Shown here in pieces: positions 1 through 9,138 of a stretch of 55,175 bases of DNA. The stretch is from positions 1 through 55,175 of the forward strand of contig CAINMH010000129.1 in assembly GCA_903850745.1 (NCBI GenBank). The letters are read 5' to 3'. Under the pieces are notes generated by a model, which searched no databases, was not told the DNA's origin, and saw only the letters and a list, made by a program, of their open reading frames with translations. Made by a program: the position numbers and the translations under genes. This stretch comes from an uncultured bacterium. Its GTDB lineage: Bacteria > Actinomycetota > Actinomycetes > S36-B12. Position 1 is the first letter of the stretch; each line of letters opens with the position of its first letter.

Positions 1-288
1 GAGCACCAATAGCCACCACGGGATAATCGATTGCACTGCCATCGCGATGAGCGTGGCGGCGATGTATAGGCGATCGGCGATCGGGTCGAGTACCTCCCCG
101 AGCCGCGACACCTGACCGGTCGCGCGGGCAACCGCTCCGTCGAGATAATCAGAGACGCCTGCAGCAATGAGGACAACTAGAGCCCAGCCAAATTGATCTG
201 TGAGAATGAGCCACACGAGGACCGGCAGCGCCAAGAGCCGCACGCCACTGATGGCGTTAGGGATCGTATAAATCCGATGCGTCGTCAT
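1..288 (-). CDS. CDP-alcohol phosphatidyltransferase (PgsA/cardiolipin-synthase-like), runs off the window at its 3' end
   Basis: Not in the ORF track. Manual translation from ATG 288: MTTHRIYTIPNAISGVRLLALP...SDYLDGAVARATGQVSRLGEVLDPIADRL, matching the DxxDGxxAR...GxxxDxxxD signature. ATG overlaps the upstream TGA (ATGA, 285-288). Confidence 0.92.
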   Translation of the reverse strand, partial: MTTHRIYTIPNAISGVRLLALPVLVWLILTDQFGWALVVLIAAGVSDYLDGAVARATGQVSRLGEVLDPIADRLYIAATLIAMAVQSIIPWWLLVL

Positions 289-950
289 GACCGATTCCGC
301 TTTGGGCGTCTTGGATCTCTAATGACAAACAGCAAGGCTGCCGCAAAGCATCCTGCGGCCAACATCGCAAACAGCAAGACGTAAATGCGGGCGTGCGATG
401 CAGTGAATTGCACGGACATATCTACATTCACGGGCGATTCCCCATCAAGGCGCACCAACACCATCGCCCCATCGGTCCCGGACACAGGGATACGAACGGA
501 ACGTCCAGTTCCCGACGCAGACCATTCGCGGGTTGCTGGATCGGGTGGGGCGCCTTGGCCAGGCACGGGGAAGATCTTCCACGTGCCCTCTCCTGTGGGT
601 CTTGCTGCCGCGTACGACGAACCAGCCAGATAGCCGCGGGCATCATCTACCGCCGCCTCGCCGTAGAAAATCTCCCCCGGACTCACCGATTGAGCGAGAA
701 TCTCGGCCTCACCCCACCAATCGACCAAGGGCACCGCAACATCCACGCTGACCCCAGCGGCCTCCATAAGCAATGAGTGCGAACCTTCACCGCCGTTAAC
801 ACGTCCGAGGTCGGACACGATCGGACCATTTCGAAGATAGACCCAACCGGTGATGGCAGAAGTCGTGGCGAAGGCTCCCACGAGGACCGCCACGATGAGC
901 AAACTCCGCGAGACGACCGGCTTGCGGAGCAGACTCCCGGGCGCGGCCAT
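285..950 (-). CDS. Hypothetical membrane protein (N- and C-terminal TM helices around an extracytoplasmic domain)
   Basis: ORF 285..1019. Start placed at ATG 950 (MAAPGS), which avoids overlap with the upstream gene. Two hydrophobic segments. Coupled to the phosphatidyltransferase by ATGA. Confidence 0.7.
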   Translation of the reverse strand: MAAPGSLLRKPVVSRSLLIVAVLVGAFATTSAITGWVYLRNGPIVSDLGRVNGGEGSHSLLMEAAGVSVDVAVPLVDWWGEAEILAQSVSPGEIFYGEAAVDDARGYLAGSSYAAARPTGEGTWKIFPVPGQGAPPDPATREWSASGTGRSVRIPVSGTDGAMVLVRLDGESPVNVDMSVQFTASHARIYVLLFAMLAAGCFAAALLFVIRDPRRPKRNRS

Positions 951-985
951 GTACCCATCATGCCGGACGTGCGCGGCAGCCCGCC

Positions 986-2170
986 CTAGTCGCGAGCGAG
1001 TGTCACGATGCCCAGGCACATCTCATCGGTAGTCCCCTCGCCCCACGTGATGTATCTGGGCTCAATGCCCTGCATCGCCGGGAGTGTGTCACGCAGGCTC
1101 GTGTCATGAGTACATGTCACACGAAGCACATCCCCCTTCTTGACCCGAAGAGGTTCAGCCAAGAATTTGGCGCCCTGTTGATCGAAGTCATAGATGGGCA
1201 CATCAAGGATTCGGCGCTCAGTGGCTGTGCCGGGGTTGAGATCAACCGTGATCGTCTTTCCTAGAAGATGCATGTGGCCAGCAGTTGCATACACGGTGGC
1301 GTCATAGCGCACAGTCTGATCGCAGCTTTGTGTGGCGCCACCCTCTGGGTTTGTCAGGTCCCCGCCACAGAGCAGTTGGAGACCCCAGATGGTGCGCATG
1401 GACTCTCCCCCGAATCGAGCAATCGTGTCCTTGACCGAGGCATCTCGATCACATAGCGGACCAGACTCGTCACTGCGGCAAGGCAGTTCGACCGGAGCAG
1501 GCAGAAGCATGGTGTCTAGGGATCGCATGCCAGCTGTTGCCGGCACGGTACGAAACTCGAGCGAAGTTTGATCTAGCCCATCCCCCGCCCAAAGGCTGTA
1601 ATGCACCTGCAGGACTACCTGCTCCCCGGGCGCCAAAGCCACTCCAGTGCCCTCGGGATAACGAATCTCGCGACCACCCGGGGCCCAGGCAGCAAGCCAC
1701 GGGGCGCTGTCGATTGAGCCAAGGTCTCCTCCGCCCACAGCCGGCAACTGCGGCCCACCAAAACAGCTCCACCCGTCTTGTGTGTCTTCGGCGTCCTTCG
1801 ACTTAGCCGCCAACACTTGGCCCGCTTCCACCCGATAGGCAATGGCGTGATGCACAACATCAGGATTGCCCGGAACGAAGCGCACACCCGTAATGAAACT
1901 CTCGGCCGTGACTCCGGGATCGAGGAGAAAACACCGGTAGTCGTCCTTGGCCCCATTCGTAGCGACTGGCTGATACGGCTGCGGTAGACCAAGGGTGAGC
2001 ATCACTTCACCGGCGCCCATCGGCGAGGGCGGCGCGATGCTGTCGCTGTGCCCATGGCCAGAGGATGTCGCAGCGGGTAAGGGAGACGAGGATGAGTGTG
2101 AGGTGCATGCCGACAATCCACCCAGCAACAGCGCGGCCCCCAACACGACTGCTGCTCGCTCCTTGCGCAT
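986..2170 (-). CDS. Copper type II ascorbate-dependent monooxygenase-like lipoprotein (PHM/DBM family)
   Basis: Lipobox LSAC. Motifs VVHHAI, LQVHY, GHMHLLG and DEMC correspond to the CuH (3 His) and CuM (2 His + Met) sites. Confidence 0.85.
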   Translation of the reverse strand: MRKERAAVVLGAALLLGGLSACTSHSSSSPLPAATSSGHGHSDSIAPPSPMGAGEVMLTLGLPQPYQPVATNGAKDDYRCFLLDPGVTAESFITGVRFVPGNPDVVHHAIAYRVEAGQVLAAKSKDAEDTQDGWSCFGGPQLPAVGGGDLGSIDSAPWLAAWAPGGREIRYPEGTGVALAPGEQVVLQVHYSLWAGDGLDQTSLEFRTVPATAGMRSLDTMLLPAPVELPCRSDESGPLCDRDASVKDTIARFGGESMRTIWGLQLLCGGDLTNPEGGATQSCDQTVRYDATVYATAGHMHLLGKTITVDLNPGTATERRILDVPIYDFDQQGAKFLAEPLRVKKGDVLRVTCTHDTSLRDTLPAMQGIEPRYITWGEGTTDEMCLGIVTLARD

Positions 2171-2206
2171 CTATCAAGGATACGCAACACACAGCAGAAT
2201 CGGCGC

Positions 2207-2791
2207 TTAAGTGTTCCAGTACGTGATCACGTGCTGGTCACGCTCAAAGCCCAAGCCGCTTAAGGCACCCGCTTCCAGAGCAAAGAGGCGACCCGCAGTT
2301 GCCGGCAGACCCAGCCATGTAGCTGTCAAAATTCGCAGGAAGTGTCCGTGAGCAACGAGAGCGACGGATTCACCACTGGCCAAGAAGGGCTGACATCGCC
2401 GGATCACACGATGCGCCCGGATCGCAACATCCTCCGGCTGCTCTCCTGGGGTTGCCCCCACCGGGACCGGGTGATCCCACACCACCCACGTGGGGTCCTG
2501 CTGGTCGACGCGGATATCAGCTGTCGTCCGGCCTTCCCATGCGCCGTAATCCCACTCCAGTAGATCTGGGTCATCTTGCGGATCCAGACCTGCGAGATGA
2601 GCAGTCTCTTGCGCTCGACTGAGGGGGCTGGTCAATACGAGCCCGAATGCACGCGACGCCAGTCGCGGGGCAAGGGCGCTAGCGCGTTCGCGACCGTTGT
2701 CCGTGAGTGGAATGTCTGTGAGGCCAGTGTGCTGACCAGATTTACTCCACAGCGTCTCGCCGTGACGAATGAGCACAATGGTGGGAGTCAT
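2207..2791 (-). CDS. Histidine phosphatase (phosphoglycerate mutase family)
   Basis: LIRHGET, EWDYGAWEG and VAHGH motifs. Confidence 0.9.
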   Translation of the reverse strand: MTPTIVLIRHGETLWSKSGQHTGLTDIPLTDNGRERASALAPRLASRAFGLVLTSPLSRAQETAHLAGLDPQDDPDLLEWDYGAWEGRTTADIRVDQQDPTWVVWDHPVPVGATPGEQPEDVAIRAHRVIRRCQPFLASGESVALVAHGHFLRILTATWLGLPATAGRLFALEAGALSGLGFERDQHVITYWNT

Positions 2792-3612
2792 ACGGCTTCA
2801 CCTCTCGAGTGCAGAGTAGACGAAATGGCGTACATAGCGACGGCACTTGCAGCAGCGACGTTTAATGAATCCACGTCGTTGTGCATCGGTATGCACACCA
2901 AGCGAGAACAAGCCTGCAGGGCAGCGTCCGAGAGCCCTTCCCCTTCAGTGCCCACAACAACAGCAATTCGAGGGTGTTCCATCGCTACGGCGTGGGCAAG
3001 AGTCGTCGCCTCATCGCGGGGGGTGAGCCCCCACACGTCAAACCCTTCGGCAACGAGTTGACCAAGAGCTGCTGGCCAATGCTCGGCGCGCGCCCACGGC
3101 ATCCCGAGTGTCGCGCCCATGGACGTTTTGATTGCGCGACGATAGAGCGGGTCCGCGCATCGTGGAGAGACAATAATCGCGTCGACTCCCAGTCCTGACC
3201 CCGATCGAAATGCTGCTCCCACATTCGCATGATCGACCAGATCCTCCAGCACGAGGACAATCCGCGCCTCGGAGATTACGTCCATCACCGACGGTGCCGT
3301 CGGCCGTCTGAAGATCGCTAGCGCTCCTCGATGCACATGAAATCCGGTCGTCGCGCGAAGAATAGATTCATCTGCCACATACATGGGCGTAGACTCGGGG
3401 AGGCCAAGATTGCTGACCTCATCGATCCATTTCGCGATACACAACGTGGACACGACAGTGTGCCCAGCAGCGATGGCACGAGCGATTACTGAAGAGCCCT
3501 CCGCCACATAGAAACCCTCCACCCCCTCCCGTCGAAGGCGAGCGTCCATGTCGGTCATACCGGAATACTGCGTAAGTCGAATATCGTCCGAATGCTCAAT
3601 CCGCTCGATCAT
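2788..3612 (-). CDS. TrmH/SpoU family RNA methyltransferase
   Basis: DHANVGAAFRS, GTEGEGLS and DSLNVAAA SPOUT motifs. Start at ATG 3612 (ATGA overlap with tauE stop). Confidence 0.9.
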   Translation of the reverse strand: MIERIEHSDDIRLTQYSGMTDMDARLRREGVEGFYVAEGSSVIARAIAAGHTVVSTLCIAKWIDEVSNLGLPESTPMYVADESILRATTGFHVHRGALAIFRRPTAPSVMDVISEARIVLVLEDLVDHANVGAAFRSGSGLGVDAIIVSPRCADPLYRRAIKTSMGATLGMPWARAEHWPAALGQLVAEGFDVWGLTPRDEATTLAHAVAMEHPRIAVVVGTEGEGLSDAALQACSRLVCIPMHNDVDSLNVAAASAVAMYAISSTLHSRGEAV

Positions 3613-4361
3613 GTGGTGACCAAGAGCACTACGGAGGCAACAACTCCAACAGCTACGACAGCCCACCGCAGCAGACCACTGGACATGCGCTGCGCGAGTT
3701 TGGCACCTACAACCCCACCGATAATGGCCAGCGGCATCACAACGGCAACATCCGGCCAGTAGACGCGCCCAGCGATGATGAATACCAACGCGGCCGTGAC
3801 ATTACCGACGCCCGCGAGGACATTCTTTGCTGCATTTGCCGCCTGTGTGTCGCTGTCGTAGAACGCGCCGAGAATCGCCATGTAAATCACACCTTGTCCA
3901 GCACCGAAATATCCGGCGTAGATACTGCAGACTCCGACGGACGTGTTCAGCGCAACTGGGCGTTGGTTGTTGGTAGAAAGGACTTTCATTCGCCGGCGGA
4001 GCAGCGGCTGGAACGCGACGAGGAGCGCTGCTCCAAGAATGAGCCAGGGTACGAGGAGGACGAACACCCGTTCGGGGAAACTCAACACAAGAAGCACTCC
4101 CCCGGCTGACCCAATAACGGCAAAGATAAACGCGGGGGCAAGCTGCTTCCAACGGCCACGCAGGTAACTTCGGTAAGTCCACGCTGCCGCAAAATTGCCA
4201 AGACATAGACCAGTTGTGTTGGTCCCGTTGGCGGAGATGGGAGACAACCCTGCGGCGAGAAGCATGGGATACACCAGAAGCGTGCCCGACCCCACGACTG
4301 CGTTGATGAGCCCGCCCAGAAAACCAGCGAGGGCAAGAAGGGCGATCGTGCCGATGTCCAT
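3609..4361 (-). CDS. TauE/SafE (TSUP) sulfite-exporter family membrane protein
   Basis: GxxNAVVGSG and YAGYFGAGQG repeats; about 8 TM segments. Confidence 0.88.
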   Translation of the reverse strand: MDIGTIALLALAGFLGGLINAVVGSGTLLVYPMLLAAGLSPISANGTNTTGLCLGNFAAAWTYRSYLRGRWKQLAPAFIFAVIGSAGGVLLVLSFPERVFVLLVPWLILGAALLVAFQPLLRRRMKVLSTNNQRPVALNTSVGVCSIYAGYFGAGQGVIYMAILGAFYDSDTQAANAAKNVLAGVGNVTAALVFIIAGRVYWPDVAVVMPLAIIGGVVGAKLAQRMSSGLLRWAVVAVGVVASVVLLVTT

Positions 4362-4375
4362 AAGGTTGAGTCGCC

Positions 4376-5167
4376 CTAGCTGCTCGCGATGCCACGAGCG
4401 GACCAGCGACCCTGACTGTTCGTGACCGAAATACCGATCCCGTACGTGCGCGTCAACAACTCGGACGTCAGCACCTCCGCAATCGGACCCATCGCAACAG
4501 CCCGCCCGCGCGCCAACACCAAACAGTGAGTGAATCCGCGTGGAATTTCCTCGACATGGTGAGTAACCAGCACCATGGCTGGCCCGTACGGATCACCCGC
4601 AAGGTCACCAAGTCGTCCAATGAGATCCTCGCGCGCACCCAAATCCAGCCCCGCAGCCGGTTCATCGAGAACGAGCAGTTCGGGGTCCGGCATGAGTGCG
4701 CGGGCAATTTGCACTCTTTTCCGTTCTCCCTCCGACAACGTACCGAAGGTTCGCGCAGCGAGATCGGAGATGCCCATCTGAATGAGTAGGGCGTGGGCGC
4801 GATGCAGATCGGCTGGCGCATAGGCCTCGCGCCACCTACCAGTCACTGCCCATGCCGCCGTAACAACACAGTCCAGAACTGATTCGTGCGGCGGAATGGC
4901 CTCTGCCAAGACGGCACTCGATAACCCGATTCGGTGCCGAAGTTCTCCCATGTCTGTGAAGCCGAGAACCTCCTCCAACACCGACACGGTGCCTGAGGTG
5001 GGATGCGTTCGACCCGCCGCGATGTGCACAAGAGTCGTTTTGCCAGCCCCATTCGGCCCGATAACAACCCAGCGTTCACCATCACGAATGGTCCAGGAGA
5101 TGCCGTCGAGGAGAGTGGTGCCGTCGCGTCGGACGGTCACCGCATCCATTGCCAGTACCTCGCTCAC
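4376..5167 (-). CDS. Stand-alone ABC ATP-binding protein (ModF-like)
   Basis: GPNGAGKT, LSEGE, LVLDE and VTHH motifs. Start GTG 5167 chosen from the TAGGGT-7nt-GTG arrangement. Confidence 0.88.
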   Translation of the reverse strand: MSEVLAMDAVTVRRDGTTLLDGISWTIRDGERWVVIGPNGAGKTTLVHIAAGRTHPTSGTVSVLEEVLGFTDMGELRHRIGLSSAVLAEAIPPHESVLDCVVTAAWAVTGRWREAYAPADLHRAHALLIQMGISDLAARTFGTLSEGERKRVQIARALMPDPELLVLDEPAAGLDLGAREDLIGRLGDLAGDPYGPAMVLVTHHVEEIPRGFTHCLVLARGRAVAMGPIAEVLTSELLTRTYGIGISVTNSQGRWSARGIASS

Positions 5168-5205
5168 GACGACGACCCTAGTGAACTCAGGTAGCGTGCC
5201 GGTTC

Positions 5206-5916
5206 GTGACACTCCCACCCCTGGCCGGTCCCCTCGTGGCGTGGGTCACGGCCATGCAGTTGGGAACAGCGAATCACGAGCAGGCCATGAGGGCTCTCGG
5301 CGACGATTTTCAAGGTGTGCTCTGGTTCACCGGAGACCTCCTCCAGCCCGACATTGCCCTTGCGCAGTTGGCAAGTGGCTCTACCTGCGGGCTCGCTCTC
5401 CCCATCCCCGGCGACCTTGGGTGGTTGCCACCTGAGGCTCTCGTCTCTGGCGAAGCGCTCATGGCTTTCACGGCAGACAGCACGCTCATCATCACTCCCC
5501 CAGGGCCCGGTGAACGCTGGTGGCGATGTCTGACTCACCCATTGGCCCCCCGTCCGCAACCGGTACAACTGTCCTTCGCGCGCCGCGAACTTAGTTCAGC
5601 AATTCGAGGAGCTGCGGAAGCCTTAGAGCTACTGGGCCTCCAACGCGAAGACCCCCGACTCGAAGCACATCTCGCAGAAGTGGACTCACGCTTAGCGCGG
5701 CAAATTCTCCCTCGCCACATCGGTGCTGTCGCCACTCGCGTGATCGCACAGGCAACCACGGTCTTGGCGTTGACGACTCTGGGCGTGCTGAGTGACGGCG
5801 CCAGTGTGACGGCGCTCGAGGCAAGCAAGCGGCTAGCCCCCCTTCGAGAAGTTTCCCGCGCGGCGCGAGCGGCTCTCGTCTCCGCCTATTCCGATCCCGG
5901 TACGGTGGTCCGGTGA
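5206..5916 (+). CDS. Hypothetical protein, coupled to serB
   Basis: 236-aa ORF filling the gap. GTGA overlap with serB. Confidence 0.75.
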   Translation: MTLPPLAGPLVAWVTAMQLGTANHEQAMRALGDDFQGVLWFTGDLLQPDIALAQLASGSTCGLALPIPGDLGWLPPEALVSGEALMAFTADSTLIITPPGPGERWWRCLTHPLAPRPQPVQLSFARRELSSAIRGAAEALELLGLQREDPRLEAHLAEVDSRLARQILPRHIGAVATRVIAQATTVLALTTLGVLSDGASVTALEASKRLAPLREVSRAARAALVSAYSDPGTVVR

Positions 5917-7091
5917 ACAGTGCCGCCGAGACCCTCCTCATCACGCTCAGCGGTGAGGATCGTCCCGGAGTCACAGCCGCCGTATTCGCGGCTCTTTCCG
6001 CGCACGACGCAGAGGTGCTCGATATTGAGCAAATCGTCGCGCGTGGACACCTCACCCTCGCCGTTCTCTTGGATGTCACTCGGTGTGACCTGACGGCGGT
6101 GCGCGCCAGAATGGCTGACGTTGGAGCCGACACGGGCTTGGACGTGCGCACAGTGGTCGGAGCACCCGAGCGAAGCAATGACGCCGCTGGGCGGCTCACA
6201 GTGACCGTTTTAGGTTCGCCCTTACGTCCCGACGCAATGGCCGCCATCGCGCGCAGAGTCGCCGAGCACGACGTCAACATCGATCGCATCCGACGCATCG
6301 CGGCATACCCAGTGACAGCAATCGTCTTCGAGGGCACCGGACTACGCGTGGAAGAATTGCGCGCAGTGCTGGCTGCGCAGGCTGCTGATCTGGGCGTCGA
6401 TATTGCGGTGCAGCGTGGTGGAGCGATGAAGCGTGGACAACTACTCGTTGTTATGGATGTGGATTCAACCTTGATTCAAGACGAGGTCATTGATCTCCTG
6501 GCCCGAGCCGCTGGTGTCGAGGATCAAGTTGGAGCAATAACCGAATCGGCCATGCGCGGCGAAATCGACTTCACTGAGTCTCTGACACAGCGGGTTTCTG
6601 CTTTGGCAGGGCTTCCTGCATCCGTAATTGATGAGGTCCGAAAGCAGGTTCGACTATCACCGGGCGCGAGAACGCTATGTCGAACGCTGCGCAATTTTGG
6701 CTTTCGTGTCTGCCTAGTCTCGGGGGGCTTTGACGCAGTAATCCGCCCGATCGCGGAAGAACTCGGCATAGATGAGTTGCGCGCTAATCACCTAGAAATT
6801 GTGGATGGCCGTCTCACCGGCAAAGTGGTGGGAGAAATCATTGATCGAGCTGGGAAGCGCCGGGCCCTCGAGGAGTTCGCAGCGCATTTCGCAATCCCGA
6901 TGTCTCGCACAGTTGCCATCGGCGATGGCGCTAATGACCTCGACATGCTTGCGGCTGCAGGCCTCGGCGTTGCATTTAACGCCAAACCTGCGGTGCGTTC
7001 CGCAGCGCATGCTGCGGTGAACGTGCCGTACCTAGACTCGGTTCTCTACCTACTGGGCATCACTCGCGACGAGGTTGAAGCCGTCCAGTAG
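5913..7091 (+). CDS. serB: Phosphoserine phosphatase with N-terminal ACT domains
   Basis: GEDRPG ACT start, HAD motif DVDSTL, SGGF and GDGANDL. Confidence 0.95.
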   Translation: MNSAAETLLITLSGEDRPGVTAAVFAALSAHDAEVLDIEQIVARGHLTLAVLLDVTRCDLTAVRARMADVGADTGLDVRTVVGAPERSNDAAGRLTVTVLGSPLRPDAMAAIARRVAEHDVNIDRIRRIAAYPVTAIVFEGTGLRVEELRAVLAAQAADLGVDIAVQRGGAMKRGQLLVVMDVDSTLIQDEVIDLLARAAGVEDQVGAITESAMRGEIDFTESLTQRVSALAGLPASVIDEVRKQVRLSPGARTLCRTLRNFGFRVCLVSGGFDAVIRPIAEELGIDELRANHLEIVDGRLTGKVVGEIIDRAGKRRALEEFAAHFAIPMSRTVAIGDGANDLDMLAAAGLGVAFNAKPAVRSAAHAAVNVPYLDSVLYLLGITRDEVEAVQ

Positions 7092-7580
7092 TCAGCCGCG
7101 TGGAACAACAAACTCCAGCAGCTCAGCACTACCTTCGGCCAGTTGCGGCCACTCCCCACTAAACGAGAGCCGTGCCACCGCAGAGGTGGGGAACTTTTCC
7201 TGCATCGCCGGTAAGGAGTTCACCGAGAGCCTCGTGGCCAAATCCTCAAGGCCTGGGTTGTGGCCGATGAGAAGTGTGCGCTGCGCTTCACCACTCGCGC
7301 GAGCAACCGCGAGGAGCTCGCGCCAGTCAGCCTCGTAGATGTCATCGGTGAATTCGCACATCAGTTCGGTCTCCACGTGGGATGAGGCGATTTCCCACGT
7401 CTCACGTGTTCGTGTGGATGTGGATACAACAACGCGATCAATCGTGCCCGCCTTGGCGCTCAGCCATACCCCGAGTGCATGAGCGTCACGACGACCTCGT
7501 TGCAGGAGTGGCCGTTCATGATCGTCGAGACCCACTGGCCAATCAGACTTGGCGTGTCGAGCCAGGAGTAACTCAGGCAT
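7092..7580 (-). CDS. SixA-type histidine phosphatase
   Basis: RHAKSDW...DHERPL and GHNPG motifs. Start ATG 7580 overlaps the fabI stop (TGATG). Confidence 0.88.
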   Translation of the reverse strand: MPELLLARHAKSDWPVGLDDHERPLLQRGRRDAHALGVWLSAKAGTIDRVVVSTSTRTRETWEIASSHVETELMCEFTDDIYEADWRELLAVARASGEAQRTLLIGHNPGLEDLATRLSVNSLPAMQEKFPTSAVARLSFSGEWPQLAEGSAELLEFVVPRG

Positions 7581-8347
7581 CAAGCACCTTGCGAGTGGAA
7601 GCCACCGTCTACGTGGATCATTTCGCCAGTGGTGGCCGGGAACCACTCGGACATCAATGCCACACAGGCCTGTGCGGTGGGCGTGGGATCCGTCAAATTC
7701 CAACCTAGGGGGGCACGCTCAGTCCACATGTCCTCGAAGGCTTCAAAGCCCGGGATGCTCTTTGCTGCCATCGTCCGTAGCGGCCCGGCAGCCACGAGAT
7801 TGACGCGGATACCACGTGGCCCAAGATCTCGTGCGAGATAACGGGAGGTGGATTCAAGGGCCGCTTTTGCAACACCCATCCAGTCGTACTTCGGCCATGC
7901 CTGAGTGGCGTCGAAATCTAGCCCCACGATTGAACCGCCTGAAGACATCAGTGGCGCGGCCGCCATGGCCAACGCCTTCAAGGAGTAGGCGGACACGTGC
8001 ACGGCTGTAGCAACATCCGGCCACGGGGTGTCGAGGAATCCCCCACCTAGTGCGCTGGCTGGCGCGAAGCCAATCGAATGCAGGACTCCATCAAGTCCGT
8101 CGACGTGCTCACGGACTCGCGACTCGAGCGAAGCCAGATCCTCTTCCGACGTGACATCGAGTTCGACTACCGGCGCAGCAACGGGAAGGCGTCCCGCGGT
8201 ACGCCGTGTCAACGACATTGCCCGGCCGAAAGAGGTCAGCACAACCTGAGCGCCTTGCTCTTGGGCGATTCTCGCGACGCTGAACGCGATCGACTCATCG
8301 GTCAGTACACCCGTGACAAGAATGCGCCGACCCTCAAGGATTCCCAC
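7580..8347 (-). CDS. fabI: Enoyl-ACP reductase (InhA-type)
   Basis: GVLTDESIAF, HSIGFAP, YDWMGVAK and AGPLRT motifs. Start GTG 8347 follows AGAGG (alternative start 8356). Confidence 0.95.
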   Translation of the reverse strand: MGILEGRRILVTGVLTDESIAFSVARIAQEQGAQVVLTSFGRAMSLTRRTAGRLPVAAPVVELDVTSEEDLASLESRVREHVDGLDGVLHSIGFAPASALGGGFLDTPWPDVATAVHVSAYSLKALAMAAAPLMSSGGSIVGLDFDATQAWPKYDWMGVAKAALESTSRYLARDLGPRGIRVNLVAAGPLRTMAAKSIPGFEAFEDMWTERAPLGWNLTDPTPTAQACVALMSEWFPATTGEMIHVDGGFHSQGA

Positions 8348-8362
8348 GAACTTCACCTCTCT

Positions 8363-9067
8363 TTAGTGCCCCATGCCAAGACCGCCATCAACCGGCACGA
8401 TCGCGCCAGTGATGTACGAGGCCTCTGCGCTAGCGAGAAACACGATGGATCCCGCCACTTCATTAGCTGTTGCATACCGCCCTAGAGGCACCTGCGCGAG
8501 GATCTCCTGCTTGCGCTCCTCAGGGAGCCCTTGAGTCATCTCGGTGTCCACGAATCCGGGAGCGACAACGTTGACCGTGATATTCCGTGAGCCCACTTCA
8601 CGAGCCAAAGAACGGGCCATTCCGACGAGTCCTGCCTTTGCGGCCGCGTAGTTCACCTGCCCGGCAGATCCCATCCCCCACACCACACTGGAGACGAGGA
8701 TGATTCGCCCCTTTTTTGCCTTTAACATTCCGCGTAATGATCGCCGGGCACAACGGATCACCCCGACGAGATTGGTCTGCATTACGGCGTCAATATCGTC
8801 GTCACTCATCCGCATCAGCAGCGTGTCACGAGTGATGCCCGCATTGGCCACCAGAACTTCCACGGGACCGTGGTCAGCTTCAATGGCATCGAATGCTGCT
8901 TCGACGGATGCCGTGTTGGTCACATCCATGGCGACTGCTGGCAGCCCATCTGGGGAATCCCCACCACGAGAAGCAACTATGACGGTGTCACCGGCATCTC
9001 GAAATGCAAGCGCAGTGGCGCGCCCGATTCCACGGCTACCACCTGTCACTAGGACAACTCTTCCCAT
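8363..9067 (-). CDS. fabG: 3-oxoacyl-ACP reductase
   Basis: TGGSRGIG, NAGITRD and YAAAK SDR motifs. Paired with fabI. GGAGG SD upstream. Confidence 0.95.
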   Translation of the reverse strand: MGRVVLVTGGSRGIGRATALAFRDAGDTVIVASRGGDSPDGLPAVAMDVTNTASVEAAFDAIEADHGPVEVLVANAGITRDTLLMRMSDDDIDAVMQTNLVGVIRCARRSLRGMLKAKKGRIILVSSVVWGMGSAGQVNYAAAKAGLVGMARSLAREVGSRNITVNVVAPGFVDTEMTQGLPEERKQEILAQVPLGRYATANEVAGSIVFLASAEASYITGAIVPVDGGLGMGH

Positions 9068-9138
9068 GATCCACCTCCCGGGTCGACCGTATCGCGTCAG
9101 CGAGGCGAAGCCTGCTCTGCCCCGCCGACTGTCACGAT

